From NCBI GenBank assembly GCA_036172245.1, contig JAYWIR010000059.1:558001-622000 (forward strand): 64,000 nt of DNA. The letters run 5' to 3'. Within the stretch, counting starts at the first letter, position 1. The number at the start of each line of letters is the position of its first letter. The position numbers and the translations under genes were made by a program. The notes under the pieces were generated by a model. It did not search any database. It was not told where the DNA came from and saw nothing but the letters and a program-made list of their open reading frames with translations. This stretch comes from Raillietiella orientalis (taxonomy: Eukaryota). Positions 12,960 to 26,049 of the stretch are shown in pieces.

Positions 12960-14400
12960 TGGCACTCTTGGAAATTTTCAGCATTGCCCAAATTTTTGCT
13001 ATCGGACTAACAGTGAGGATCAAAAAGCATTCCCTCAAGAATATAGCATTATCTACAAAGGGTAAAGGGAACACCAGGGACATGGAGAGCAAGCAGAAGA
13101 TTATGTAACAAGGAAACAGTATATTTCGGAATTCCACGCAGCTGCTGCATGTGCTTATGGAGACGGAGAGACGACTGCTTGTTTTTTACTAGTCAACAGA
13201 AACTGTGGCACGGTCAGATGCACCAAAACGTCACAACAACGTGTTCCACAGAGACGCTGCTCATGACATAGGGATGACCAGCTTCTTTCAAGAGTCAGTT
13301 TAATGAGAGCTTCACGACAAGTTACAGCTCACGTGCCCCTAATGCCCAGTTGGATGGACAGAAGATGATTTGCAGAGCGGAATGGAACTCACAGGGTAGA
13401 GCTGCTGAGAATTGCAGAATCCGCAATCCCGTCCTCAGCTTCCCAAACTGCCCATGCAAAGTGCAAGCTGTTCACGAAGAGGGCAAACCATCTTACCGTG
13501 GACATCCTGAACAGCCCGAGATCATGCAACATGCAAAGGGAGATAGTACAAAAGTGAACATCTGGCGAGACTGATAGCGAGGTGCAGCATCGGAGTTTCC
13601 TCCTTCGTGAACACTAAACTGGAAATCGGTGCAATTGACTCCTCCACAGCTTCCCGCTCTGTCCTGGCATTATGCGGAAGCACTCCAGATATGCCCCGCT
13701 CTGGCCTCTTGCTGCGAACAGCATTCTCCTATAAGAATTTCTTGGGCTATGTAGAAGGGGCAGTTGCTTGGCAGCTGGAATCCTCTGTTTTACCGAGGGA
13801 TATGTGGAAAGCATCGTGTGCAATGCCCTTCTTACAGATGCTTGGAAGACGTTCGCATTGTGGTCGTGGATATCATTTCACGACCATATCACATTTTCGC
13901 ATGAAGTAATTTAGACGAAGGACGTGTTATTACCGGAACGGTCCAATTAACTCACACGGATGAAAGGTATCCATCCTCCTCATCAATCACACCAGTGAAG
14001 ACACACTCTTTATGGGACACTCAGGGTTCAATAGTGTGACTGTTTTTTACGTACACCGTCTGTGTTTTCAAACTAAAGATGTCTGAGAAGGAGGAAAGTG
14101 AGAAAATAATGGCATGGCGAAAATGGGGAACTTGTTGGATATTTTCTGAAAATCAGTCTTAGCAGCAACTTTGGCATTCCATGGACATTACGCTGCATTA
14201 AAGTGAAGAATCGGATCACCTGGGAAAGAGGAAAGCTAAAAGCATCTAGATGTGTACCGTGAGTGTAGAGGGAAGAATTGAAAGAATGACAGACAGCAAG
14301 ATTAGCAAGAAGCCTACCATCGGATGGAAGGTATAACGTTAGGAAATGAGAAAGCAGATGCTATCAGTGATGGTTTGCAAATCCAGAAAAAGTAAGGAAC
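12960..14400 (+). pseudogene. Highly degenerate RTE-like LINE reverse transcriptase relic
   Basis: IYKG-KGNTRD-like motif at about 13045-13080 and GRIERMTDSKISKK at about 14270-14310, resembling the RTE C-terminal GHVERM-x-D-x-R-x-PK motif. No open ORF. Confidence 0.35.
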
Positions 14401-15049
14401 TGATCTGTAAAGATTTTAATCTTCTAAGATAAATAAAGAGTTCGAAAGAAAGAGTTGGTAATCATTTGAAATTTTTTATGAAGGGGAAAGTGGAGTGGCA
14501 ATGAGATGAGTGCAAGGTGCGAAAATAGATCAAGAACCAAGTCATGGTTTCTGACAAAGAAGGCAAAAGTGACATGCGCCCAAGAACTGAAGAATTTAAA
14601 AGGACCAATTAATTTACCCGCGTGGATCAGGTCTTCAGAAGGAAGGCACCAAGAACACATCTTTAGGTTATTCAGACAAAAAAGAATCACGATGGGAAAG
14701 TTTTGGAGAACGAACGAAGTTGAATGATTGTATGGCTTTAGCAGCAAAGGGAGGAACTGAGCGGTCAAAAGCGTTAAATCAGACCAGCATTTAAATCAAG
14801 AATGCAGTCTTTGTTAGCTACAAAAGGAAATCAAAAGATTCGTTAGTCGATTGAAAAGGCAGTTTCTGAGGAAGTCAAGTGCTTTTCGAGGAATCCAGAC
14901 GCATCTCCCGGTTCAGAAAGAAGAAGAAAAATCAACAACAAAAGAAATGAAAGAACTGTGAAGAGAATGTTCTTCGTGAAGAAGTTGAGATTAGGTATGA
15001 CATTCTGAAAGGAGAATGATCGAGAATTGTCTGAAGAATAGCAAATTAA

Positions 15050-16130
15050 CTTGAGGAAACGAACATGGAGAAGCCCGAATAAGGGGGTTGCTACTAATCC
15101 TCCTTGGCGTTTAAATCAAGGGGCTAATCTTTTGAAGGAGCTCCGTTCATTAGCTGGTCACTTACAGGAAGCTTGCTCGAGAAACCAATCCATCTGCCAG
15201 AAATAGTGAAATCGGGATCGAGACCTCCACTCGATAACTAATGAAAAAAATTCCTTACCTGAATATTTCCTTGTCATTGTTTCCCATAGGTTTTGTGTAG
15301 TTCCGAAGGATATCCTCAAAATGGTCCAGTAATCTGGAAACGATGAAATTTTTGGCATCCGTTATGTTTTGCTCTTTGCTGCGACGTGCAGAGTTTCGTC
15401 CGTCTATGCTTCTTTCGTTCATCATTCTTCTTGAACTGTACAGGCTCTCGTGAAACACCAGCCGGAACGACTTTTATTCTCTCCAAATTGTGCAGCTGCC
15501 ATTCTGGCCACCTGGAAGGGAGAATCAATTTTCTGAGTCAGTGTTGACCTGTACTAACGCATGGAAACCATGTCGTCAATCGAAATGATTGGCATCGCAG
15601 CGATACCAAACCTTTTGCTTTTTCCTGAAAGAGTTAGCTCTGTAGTGGATGTAATTAGCTCATGTTCACTCCAAAGGCTCCTACCTCTCGATGCTTGACC
15701 CAGCACTGAGAAAGGTGCGCTCGATCTCAGTCCGCCATCATCATTTCCAATGATCTCAAGCGGAAAGACAAACATAATCCTGTTAGATGCTGTTTGGGAT
15801 CGTTCGGCTCAGCGCAGCAAGACGGTTGGTTCGAAGAACGAGATTTGTATTTGAAGTAGCGAGAGAGGAGAAAAACTTTGGAATCACTTAGATGGTGGCG
15901 AGGATTGTGCAAGCGGTTGGCGGAAAACGAAATCACAAACTCCATGAAGGTTATGCATCCATGTAATCATTCCAAAGCAGTAATCTGCAAACATCTCGTC
16001 GAATATTCCGACCTTTCGACTTTCAAGTTTTGGTGCCATGTTTCACTCTTGGACAGGAAAGTTATCAGATTCCTTCATTTCAAGGAAGAAAGCACACGCG
16101 CATTTGCGGATTCGTCTTGGGGATAAACTG
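15050..16130 (-). pseudogene. Possible Ty3/gypsy pol relic
   Basis: Fragments CITFMEFVIS (RT I-x-FLG-x-x-IS-like) and ASRGRSLWSEHELITSTTEL (RNase H SR-x-L-xx-HE-x-NYSTTE-like), in the expected order on the minus strand. Confidence 0.3.
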
Positions 16131-17299
16131 GGAAAAATGGAGCCCAAAGGGTATTTCTTTTGTTTAAGTGGTTCTAGCACCACTCGAAACAGGGTTTTCC
16201 ATATTTCTGAATGGATCGAATGAGTGTACAGTCTATCGTAGCAAGTTTCTTCAGAGCAAAGTTTAGATTTCGGATGCGCAGACAGTGGTGGTGGCTACTT
16301 CAGTAAGCTAGAACTCCATACTTTTAGCTCTTTAGCCGTTTACAAAAGCACACAAGATTTAAGGGCTTTTGAGCAGCTGTGTAATAGCTCTGTACAAACA
16401 TGCGAGTACAAGAGAAGATAAGGAACTTGTTGAAGGCAAACATGGCGCCGTAGAAGAATTACAGTCGCCTGGTACTTTTTCGTTGTCAGGTGCAGTGCAT
16501 CAACGCAACGAGAATGACGAATGGCAGTTCATCGTGATATGCACAAAAATGCACAAGAAATGTGAGCTGCTGTTCATTTTTTTTCGATTCACGCAGGGAG
16601 GTTGTGGGGATGGGGACTCTTTCTTTCAGTCTTCTTTTCGATTTTCTTTTCAGTTTTCTCTTCGTACAGCCACTATAATGATAGCAGAAGATCATAGATT
16701 TAAGAATGATGAGACCTGAAAACCAGATGTTTAATTTGCCATGGCAGAATCCGAGTTCAAGCACAAACTTACTAGTAACAACTAAGAATGGCTACTTGGA
16801 CGCATCTTTGTTTTCATTCCTGAAAGAATTATGAGAGACATTTCCTTTACCATCATCAACGACAAGGGAAATTACGAAATCATGATCTATCCATTTGCAA
16901 TTTATTGTCTGCCATTTTTTGAAATGCAAAGAAGAGCTCACTGGATTGAAAAATCTCCTGGAAACACTCAGGTGACAGATGCTTTGAACTGGAGTTTCCT
17001 TGGCCGATAGTGCGATCTTTCCATAGCGAGAGCAGTCCACGTCTCCATCTCGGATTCCGTGGCCGTGGATGCTTGAGTTCTCTGCCCAAGTAGCACCTTG
17101 AGCTTTATAACCCAGTTACACCGGAGAGTTTATGTGAAAAGTGAACAAACATTGCGGGAACAAAAAGAAGGTTTCCAAAAAAGAACAAATACAAAGGGAG
17201 GGACACTCAGGTCGGCCACTTCACGAGTCTAGGATGAGTGGGTGGGGATAATAAACAAAAAAAAAACGGAGGGCAGAGACAAGGATCTTCGACTTTCCT

Positions 17300-18250
17300 G
17301 TTCCCGCCGTGCTCTGTCTCGGAGCAGTGCTCACTCTCATGGCTTCACTTGCCGCTCTACCGGGACACAGAGAGAAAGACTTGCCTCCCTTTTTCCGGGG
17401 ACAGCTTTGAGGATGTTTGGTGTGTCTTTCATTCTTTCCCACCTTCGTCCATCCCGTCTCCTCATCTTCTCTCATTGCTTTTCCTGCGTGAAGCTCGGGA
17501 GGTCGGTTGTTGGTGCTTATGGGCACGGTCACGGGTGCCTCTTCTGCCGTTTCTTGAGGTGTCCTACCTCCTCGCAGTGGTTGCACATCTTTTTCTTCCC
17601 ATTTTCTCAGGAAGATGGGAGGTGGATCCTTCCGCCTGCAGAATGCGTGCACCGCTTCCCCGTTGCGTGCCACAAGCCCGCAATGCACGTTTTCGAGCGC
17701 CATCACGGGGTTCGCCTTGCTCCAGGTGGCGGCAATCTCCTCCGGGGCCGTCACAGTTGCTCTTCCGCAACCCGAAGAGTGGAATGAACCTGTGGGGGGA
17801 ACCGCTCACGTCGAGGGCATGACCTTCCATCCACCCGGGACTAGCGAAGTGCTCAGCAGACACTGCGCGAGCACCGGATCTTTGCAGGAGAGCTTCGTGA
17901 TTCACTGACTCCCACAGGCAAGGGAGAGAGAAGGTCCTTTCTTCTCCCACTCACACGCTTGACTTCTCTTCCCGGCTCCCTCAACGTTTCTTTCGCACCC
18001 ACACAGCCGATCCGAACAGCGCAAGACGGGCTCCTCGCTGCTCCGCATAGACAAGGTCGCTCCTCGGGTAACCGCTGCCACCCCCACAGCTCCCCATTGG
18101 TGGCCGCTTGCCGTTCCACAGCTCGGTCCGGCGATGTCCTGCAGACTGCCCGGGAGAGCTCCCTTCTTGGTGGCTTCCCTCAAGGGAAGCCACCAAGAAG
18201 TGCCCATGCTTATGTTCGAGTAACAAACACAATCCAGTGGGAAGGGTGGC
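17300..18250 (-). pseudogene. Degenerate ORF1 (gag-like) of the L1/Tx1-like family
   Basis: Minus strand at about 17545-17592 reads KMCNHCEEVGHLKKR (cf. element B KYCGFCNTSGHLKKRC). ETGWTKV matches B ETGWQLA, and ATWSKANP..VHCGLVA matches B AQWTKVSP..LQHGLTA. Confidence 0.7.
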
Positions 18251-18589
18251 TCGTCTAGCTAAAATGGACGACCTGAGTTGACCCGCTATCGCTCAACGCC
18301 TCCGAGTCGGCTGCTTCAAGTCCTGAACAAAGGTTAACGACCCGAAAAGCGTGGTCGCTTCCCTAACGAAAACCTTGCGTTAACCTTAAGCTGAGGTGTC
18401 CACGCACAGTCGTTATAGGCGATGGATGTTTAAGGGAGGTGATCGTAGTTGAGACAAGAACTTTATCGTGCGCATCCACCTCCGAGGTCCGAGGCTTGAC
18501 CTTTTCTTTCGGAGACTTCCAAGCAGGCATGCTTGACTGCTGCCTTGATTATTTCTGGGTTGATCAGGGGTTGATCTGACTGTATGAGT

Positions 18590-18990
18590 AGCAGCCCTAG
18601 ACTCTATAGTTTGGAAGGTGCCTCATGCCGTGCATCCAGTGGGATGTTGCTGCTACATCGCATGCTGAACAACACCATCCTCTTGCTGTATTGGTTCACA
18701 TATTCTGTTGGTACTACAACCCAACCACGTGACCCGTTCGAAAACTCCCCTGACGCGTTCAGGAGTGTTTGAGGAAGAAAGAAAGAGAACAGGCGCAAAA
18801 ACTTTTTTGCTCCCTCTCAGCTGCAGATGTCAGATGATTACGCGAGCCCTAATGGTCGGCTCTCTGGGAATTCTGCGTCGATGTCAGAGGCGCCTCACGG
18901 TCGCATTTAATATCCAACGTAGTCGCAATGACTGGACCCAAGGTTGGGACATTTCCCCGACGAAAGAATCGCACGGAACACGAACGCCCG
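18590..18990 (+). pseudogene. RLE-type (NeSL/Utopia-like) LINE 3' relic
   Basis: LLHRMLNN, PFENSPDAF (about 18734-18760) and RALMVGSLG (about 18842-18870) occur in the same order as in 38060..38450. Confidence 0.6.
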
Positions 18991-20699
18991 AGAAGAGCTG
19001 GCACCAACCGATGCGGAAGTGGCAATTTTTGAAGGCGATTCAATCACCTCATATGAACGGAATGAGATGGACAGAACATGGAGGTGGAGGAGGTGGAGAT
19101 TGCAAAGAATTCTTGGCCTCTTCATTCTATGCAATTCTTCCTCTTACTCAATAAAGAGAGATCGTCTGCATGCGCTTTCAGAATTTCCAGCTCCTGCAGA
19201 ACATCATTGTCACTGGGATTCCAGAATGCCACTAGCCCGACGATGGTGAAGCGGACTGGCGCACCCGTTCCTGTGAGAGAAAGAGGAGGAGGGTGGCTCC
19301 CATGCCTTCCCACTTTTCTTGAGCACTGAAGTTCCATCTTTGTTTTTGAATGGGCAAGTTGTATGGAGGAGGAAACTCCTGAAAGCGGAACTTCCTCGAG
19401 AATCCCTTTTAAAGGACGAAATAGGATCTCAACAACTATTTCACGAAGGGTGCATCATCATCTGCTTCCGTTCCCTATAGAAACAGAACTCCTTCATCCT
19501 TTTAGCTGCTCCAGACGTTTTAGCTGGTTGAACTTAATAGATCTGATTCGTGATAGGATACTATTATCAGTTCGACAACCCAATTCATTCGATTCTTTGG
19601 TGTGAAGTGGAGCACTGAAAACTTCTGAAAACATCTCTTAATCATGGACAGCTCTCAGGACCCATTATGTCGAACTGGTACTCATATCCTTTAAAAGTGG
19701 CTCCGTTTCTAGCATTTCATTGAATTTGCATATCAACAGCAAGACGATTCATCTGAATCATTGCGTGCGTATCTCTCCGTACGTCTTCATCTCGTGCACA
19801 ATACCGCTCCAAGTGCAGTTTGCTTTAATACTACGTAGAGCTGAAGCTATCCGAACTGTTGACTGTGTCAGATGTGGATGCTACTTTCCAAATACAAACG
19901 ACCTTCAGCATTTTCGAGTTTCTTTCCTGCTTAGGACCGTTTTGTCGCTCTGTTTGCATGCAGATTTTCCAGAGAAACAGGTGAGGACAAATGCCCCTCA
20001 ATGGTAGGACTTGGAAGCGTGCTTGCCCAAACGCTGGCGTGTGGTGGAAAAGCAAATCTAAGGCAAAATCCAACTCACAAGGGGACTTGGGACACTTGAG
20101 AGTTTTGGAATCTGAAGACAAAGAGTGGGAAGCTACATGAAAGCGTAAGACAAGGAAGGAAGAGAACTAGTTCTCCGGAGCACCAAAAGAAATGCATGTT
20201 ATCTCATTTTGTGGAAAATCCAGTTTTCCTCTCTTTACTTAAGCTAGAGAAAGAATAATATTCCTGCTTCCCCCCTTTAGGATGCATCATTTTTCTCTAT
20301 TCTTCCAGAATTCCTAAACTGTCATCTTTTTTTTTTCTTTTCGCTGTAATCTAAAAAGGCTGATTTCCCAATAGATGGAAGAGTTCTCCTTGCTCTAGTT
20401 CCTAGAGTTGACAGCTTCTTCATGCACCGTTTAAACGGAAGGGAAAACATCGAACCGGCCAGCCGGGATCCACCTCACTCAGTGCCTTTTTCAGATTTTT
20501 CAGAAAGAAATCGAAATGCTGGGAACAATCCGATTCTCTCCAAGAGAGAAGTCCCTTTTCAATATATTGAAAAATGTAAGTTTTCTGCTGACAAGTTTCG
20601 TAGAGCATGATTAAAATGTGGAATACTCAGGAACCGATGAGAATACCTATATCTATGAAGACATCCGTGGGGCATTCAGGAACTTCGATTCTTTCTGAA

Positions 20700-20900
20700 T
20701 TCTCCGAGTGCATCCATTGGGAGTTGGTCGCCACACATTTTGAATAATTGCGGACAATACCTTCAAATCCTCCTCACCAGGAGGCATGACACTTCAATCG
20801 ACCACATCAGGAGGACAGCTTAGGGGAAATGGGAGATGTGGCCTAACAAATGGGGACAGCAGTCGCGGAGTCCTCGTCGCGACCAAATTGGTCGCTTTTC
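20700..20900 (+). pseudogene. RLE-type LINE relic (CCHC finger tail + RHD motif)
   Basis: From 20731: PHILNNCGQYLQILLTRRHDTSIDHIRR, followed by an RP(N/D)-like remnant at about 20880. Confidence 0.6.
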
Positions 20901-21399
20901 TTTCTCGAGCACTCATCTACCCGTCAGGGGTGCTCCCGAAAAGGCGCGAGGCCTACGATGACCTTTCCACTCCCCTGAGTAATGCTAGTTCAGATAGAGA
21001 CGAAAGTTCACTCCAGGGAGGGGGTTCTTGTAGGAAACCACTTCACAGCTCCCTTCAATCACTGTCCTCAATCGATAAAGCAGTGCACTTTTTCGCTGAA
21101 TGTACAGGAGGAAGTTCCTCTAACAGTGATTCAACATATGAAGCAGCGTCCCACGCCAAGCTTGACAGGCAGTAAAATTACGGGTTTATTTGCAGTATGC
21201 AGTCCTTCTGACTTTGTCCTTTCTGGCAACGCTGAACATAACAGCATCGGCACATCTGCAACCCAAGAATTGGATGCGCTTTCCCTGAAGTGAACAAGTG
21301 ACTCTTCCCTAGTCCCTGTGATGCTCCATCAGAGGACACCATTCCTGACTGCTCCGAAGATCACGGACGCTGGATGCTTTGGCATCCTCCTCACAGTCG

Positions 21400-22300
21400 C
21401 ATTGATCGTTACCGACAACGACTTGAGGCTCTCCTCCCGTTAACGTCTGCCTTACGCTCACGATAGGTAGAGGCAGGTACTACCTGGTGTCCACAAGCAC
21501 CGCAAATTCACGTTGTTTCTCCAGAATTACCAGATTACAGTTCATCCGACTCAGCAGACGAGGTAGAATCCCCTTTTTCCACCACTTGGAGGGAGTCGAG
21601 TTAGGCGAGAAGCCGGGAAGCTTAAAACAGCTGCCCATCGCATATGCATCCGCCGCCTCGTCCGAGGTATTCCTAAGCTTCGGACATCTTTTGAAGAGTT
21701 TTCTTAGTAGGAACTTGTAGGTTGCTCGACTAGGCACAGATTTTTCGAACCGTGGAGGTAAACGTGCACGATAAAGCCCTGGTCTCAACGAGGAACATTG
21801 AACTTGAACTTCCTCTCTTGAACACCATGGTGGACCATCCCTTCATCACAAGGATGGGAGGTCTCTTGAGTTGAACTCTTAGGTAGCTGGTCAGTACGGG
21901 AACATCTGGATGCAAAGACACCTTGGGTTTGCTCTCAAAACCACTCTCCAGCATCCACGTGGATGAGTTTGTGGTGCCTACAAGCTCCTTGGAAGCTACG
22001 TGCTTCCCCTCAGGTGGTAGAGCACTGCAGTACTCTTTCTGCGCTGGGGCTTCCCAGTACAACCAGTTCCGGCACCGAACTGGTTCCGAACTGTACCAGG
22101 ACGATCAAACCTTTCCCATCCCTGCTGCTGGACTGCGAGCTCCTCCGCAGAGAGTGGCAGGGAATGACTCATCTCTTTTACCCAAAAGACTTCCTTCAAA
22201 AGATTCTGCACCTCCTAAAGGACCTCCTACTGGAAATGACGCTCTGAACACTAGCTGCGTCTCTCTACATGGTGAAAAAACAGCAGGAGGTCAATTCCAT
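21400..22300 (-). pseudogene. RLE-type LINE RT/thumb relic
   Basis: ORF 21480..21788 DEAADAYAMGSCFKLPGFSP parallels 37412..37660 NESDMFTIDSCFKLLTSP. SYLRV (YLGV-like) lies upstream. Confidence 0.45.
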
Positions 22301-24099
22301 CTCATCCATGGTTAGCAAGGCAGAAAGATGGTTTCAACCTCATCGGGGAATGAAAGGAGGAGACACCTGCATCTGAGAAGATGAGGAGCAATGATCCTTC
22401 CTTCTCCTCACCCTAGTCACTGAGGATTGGGATCTTCCTATTTCGTTTGTCTATTTGTTTGATTTTGTTTTTTTCCTCCGTATCTCTACGTAATCCCGAA
22501 TCTGAAGATGGCGGGATGTACGTCAAACTGGTGATGCTTTTGTTTATCAGGGAAGCTGCAACAGGGGTTACATAAAGACGAAGAGAACCGTAGATCAAGC
22601 GTAAAAGAAGTTAATAATAAAGTGATGCATGAAATTTGATCCCTATAGTGATGCGTCAAAAAATCAGCAAGCTTCAGCCGCCAAGGTCGGAAACTGCACG
22701 ACTAAGGAGGACGAGCGAATGGTCTTGAAAGCGAGGATTCTTCGATTAAAAATATCTCTCTCGAAATAGGCAGGGTGTGTCGCTTTCCAATGCCATGGAT
22801 GTCTCGGGGGGAGACATCCAATGCAAGCAGCGTTGCAATTCATCAAAGAAATCAAGATGAAGACGGTTTCAATCTTTGAGCTGGCAAAGCTTCAGTGCTG
22901 AAGAGATTAGAGTGAGGCACGGAACGAGTTTTGTGGAATTTCAGAATCTGTGAAGAGAGGCGAGTTCGTTTGGTGCCACAATGGGGATAGCAAAGCCAAA
23001 AAAGAAAAAGGAAATCCCAGTGGTTCGGTGACCCTAGGGGATCAAGCTGCAGTCGAATGATGTCACCGTAGTAAGGAACCTTGACCTTCATACCAGTGAT
23101 TTATAGTACTCGGGGGAATGACTCACAGCTCAGAAGCAATCAGACTAAAAATTCGGAAGTCAAGTGGGGCAAAAAACGGAAGGCATTTGCATACCAAAAA
23201 ACACGGTCCGTTGAGATCCCTCTGAAAGACGATGCTGTTCCTTTGAAAGCAGATTCCGGAAGCATGAGGGAATGGCAAAATGACCGAAAGCCCTGAAACG
23301 GAAGATACTTTTTATAGAAGCTGGAAAAAATCAAAGGTAAAGCATCCATCTCTGCCAATTGAGGATAGCTGTGAGGAATTTCTCTCTCCCCCTCCCCCGA
23401 ATGCACGAGATTCCAGATGCTTTTCCAGATGATTGGATTTTTGCTCCCGAGAAAAGGGGATCACGAGAATGAGGTTTCAGGCTAGCAGGATGGAAGAGAG
23501 TATCATCCAACTCATACAGTATATTCGCAGAAGTGTAATGGCAAGAAAAAAAAACTAAAAACAGCAAAAAAAAAAGCAATCGAGCTGCAGGCAGAGAAAC
23601 GACAAGAAAGGCTTCCTAATCAGACAGGAGGAAGGTCTAGTTCGTGATTCTGGAGCTCTTGTGACACTAACTGGTGCATTAGTTTGCCGCTTGTTGAGAT
23701 CACTTAGTCTTAAAAGCGAAGAACGAAGGAGAGACTGATAGAAGATGATCAACGTTGAGCTTCCGAACGCATTTTGGGTTCACGGAGTGTGCGAAAAATC
23801 ATTGATTAAATGGGAAGGAAAGTGATGAGGAGGGAAATGAGAGCAAACTCCCTATCATTTAAAGGCATGTTGACTTCTGAATGAAGAATGTCTTCGTCTT
23901 TATTTCTTGGGGATTTCACGCTATTGGGTGTCATGGAGTTTTCGAGTCGTTCTGTGAGAGGTCCTCAGTTGCCTCTCGGTTCCCAAGGAAACGTTTCTTT
24001 CGCCTCGGTATTCCTTCTCTATTCACACTTACTAATTCCAGATGCCAGATTCACTATTTATCGGAAATAAGCCTGAAGATTTGGAAGGTTCTGGAATAC

Positions 24100-24900
24100 C
24101 GGAGCGTCTGGAAGAACAGCACTAGACCTGAAGGGTTCTTTTCTTTTCAGTCAATTCTCTTCCAGAGTAGATGGCAGAAAATGGAGTGAGGAGGGATCCG
24201 CTCCACTTTGCAAGATTTCGTCTCAATTCCAAGTTAATCAAAACTTGGAGGTCACCAGGATCCTTCCTTAAAGCATTGCTTCCTAGGTGAAAATTCCGCG
24301 AAGATAGCATGCGGATTCTGCAGCAACCGCGGAAGGAAGGACCACGCAGTGATCCGGTGAGCTCCGACGAAGCATCCGAAACCATAGCCGCCGGCTTCGT
24401 GACTATCAGCCTCCTTTGTGAACGTCTCGAACACTTCCAAGATGGTTTCAAAAGCAGCACTTTGGAGCCATCTAAAGTCGCCTAGAATCGGAGCCCTCTG
24501 CTGCTTGTGGAGCGCCGCAGTTCGCAAGGTTTCGTAGCACACGTTCTTCAAGAGCCGGCCTTCATGCCGGCGGATCTAGAGACCGCTACCGATCACCCCC
24601 AGCTGTTTCCTGCAACTTTCAAAGGCATCTCGAATCTGGAGATCAGAGTTCTTTGCAAGGTTTGGCTCTTCTTCCGTTTCGTTGATTGCAACCAAGGAAA
24701 ATCGTGCCCGACGACGAGAGCTGATCGTCCTTTTGACTAGGTGTGGTCGGCGCCAGTGCACCATGAGAAGATGAGGGTTCGCGCCATCCGGAAATCCTTT
24801 TGTCCTTCTGCTTTCTGCTTCTGTTCGCAGCTTCTCTCTGCTTCGTGGCAGATTTTTCTGCTGGAGCACCTTTTGACTTTCCGGTTTTTTACATGGCAGG
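24100..24900 (-). pseudogene. Ty3/gypsy RT-RNase H relic
   Basis: ETEEE, WLQSAAFETILEVF, HEAGGYGFGCFV (DAS-x-YG-x-G-like) and PHAIFAEFSP appear in pol order. Heavily mutated. Confidence 0.4.
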
Positions 24901-25263
24901 TGCCCTCTCTAGGTGCTAGGGATTTCTCCGGAGAGCAGAACGGAATCCTGCAGCAAGAAAAATAGGGAAAAGATGAGAAAAGAAAAAGAAGAGAAGATGC
25001 AACACAAGGAAAACGCTACGAAAGCACCGGCAAATTCCACACGACCAGCAGAAGCTATGAAGCTATAAAGAGTTCGCAACTGCCTAGGATGGGGACGTGA
25101 GCGCAACACGAAGATTAGATACCGGGAGAAAAAAATACTTTTGATGCTGATGAGAATACGTTTGAAAAGGCCGTTCTCAGGGTTTGAGTCACTGAAGAAT
25201 TGAAGAACAGTTTGAATACCCAGAACTTGATTTTTCGCACACTCCGTTTGAACAGAACTTCAA

Positions 25264-25298
25264 TTTCCATCATCACTGAAGAACAGTGATGATGGAAA
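25264..25298. repeat. Perfect 15-bp hairpin with 5-nt loop
   Basis: tttccatcatcactg-aagaa-cagtgatgatggaaa. Confidence 0.97.
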
Positions 25299-25399
25299 CA
25301 AGTTTTCTCTACAAGAAGTTCAGTAAAGGCTTACCATGCATGGGTAAGTTGGTACAAAGAGGAAGCGTAAAGCAGATAGAAGAATCAGCTGATGATGGC

Positions 25400-25760
25400 G
25401 GAGGAAGTGAAGGCATTTCCCATTGATCATCTTGGAAGTTTTAGGCACTGGAGACGTCAGGATTTCCTGATGGAGACGCAACAAAGATCCTATCTGCAGA
25501 TGGATTGGCTCGGAGAGAAGCTGTCGCGAGAATGATGTTTCGCCTGAGCCATTCACACACCTTCCATGGATCCGATCTTTGCAGGAGGCGTGTTTCGGAA
25601 CGCTGCGGAGATGTTTGGTCACATGAAGATCCGTTTTGCCTTGGTCAGTTCAAGAAATCCCCGAATCCCTGAATACTCAATCGAGGTAGGATCGTGCCGA
25701 CAATGAACCTGATTTCTCGAGCTCGGAGAAGTGATGCACAAAATTGTTGCCATAGTCACT
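25400..25760 (-). pseudogene. Ty3/gypsy integrase zinc-finger region relic
   Basis: Minus strand at about 25700-25600 reads HDPTSIEYSGIRGFLELTKAKRIFM*PNI, resembling HD-xxx-GH-x-G...F-x-WP-x (TGG>TGA). Confidence 0.4.
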
Positions 25761-26049
25761 CAGTGTCACCGTGCATGATGTTAGTTGAAAAGGGGGGAGG
25801 GAAGGGGGGGAAAGCTGTTCATGGCTGCTGGATACATGGGACAAAATTGTCTTCCCACATCTTGGGATAAGAGGAAATTCGGGTCAGCCTTGAGGACACG
25901 AATCCAAGACAAAAAATCCAAAACCATGACTGTGCTCCTACCCCCCCCCCCCCAAATGAAATTAGATTTTTCTTTTTTTTAAAAAAAAAAACAGACTATC
26001 GTCATTTAACTTGAACATTTATTAAAACAAACTCATCAGCGCTCACCAT

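Noticed and set aside
19400..19700. LTR gag-like remnants (DLIRDRILLSVR here; 39291..39722 minus-strand ORF)
   Set aside because: Single short motifs without LTRs or adjacent pol. Too weak to call.
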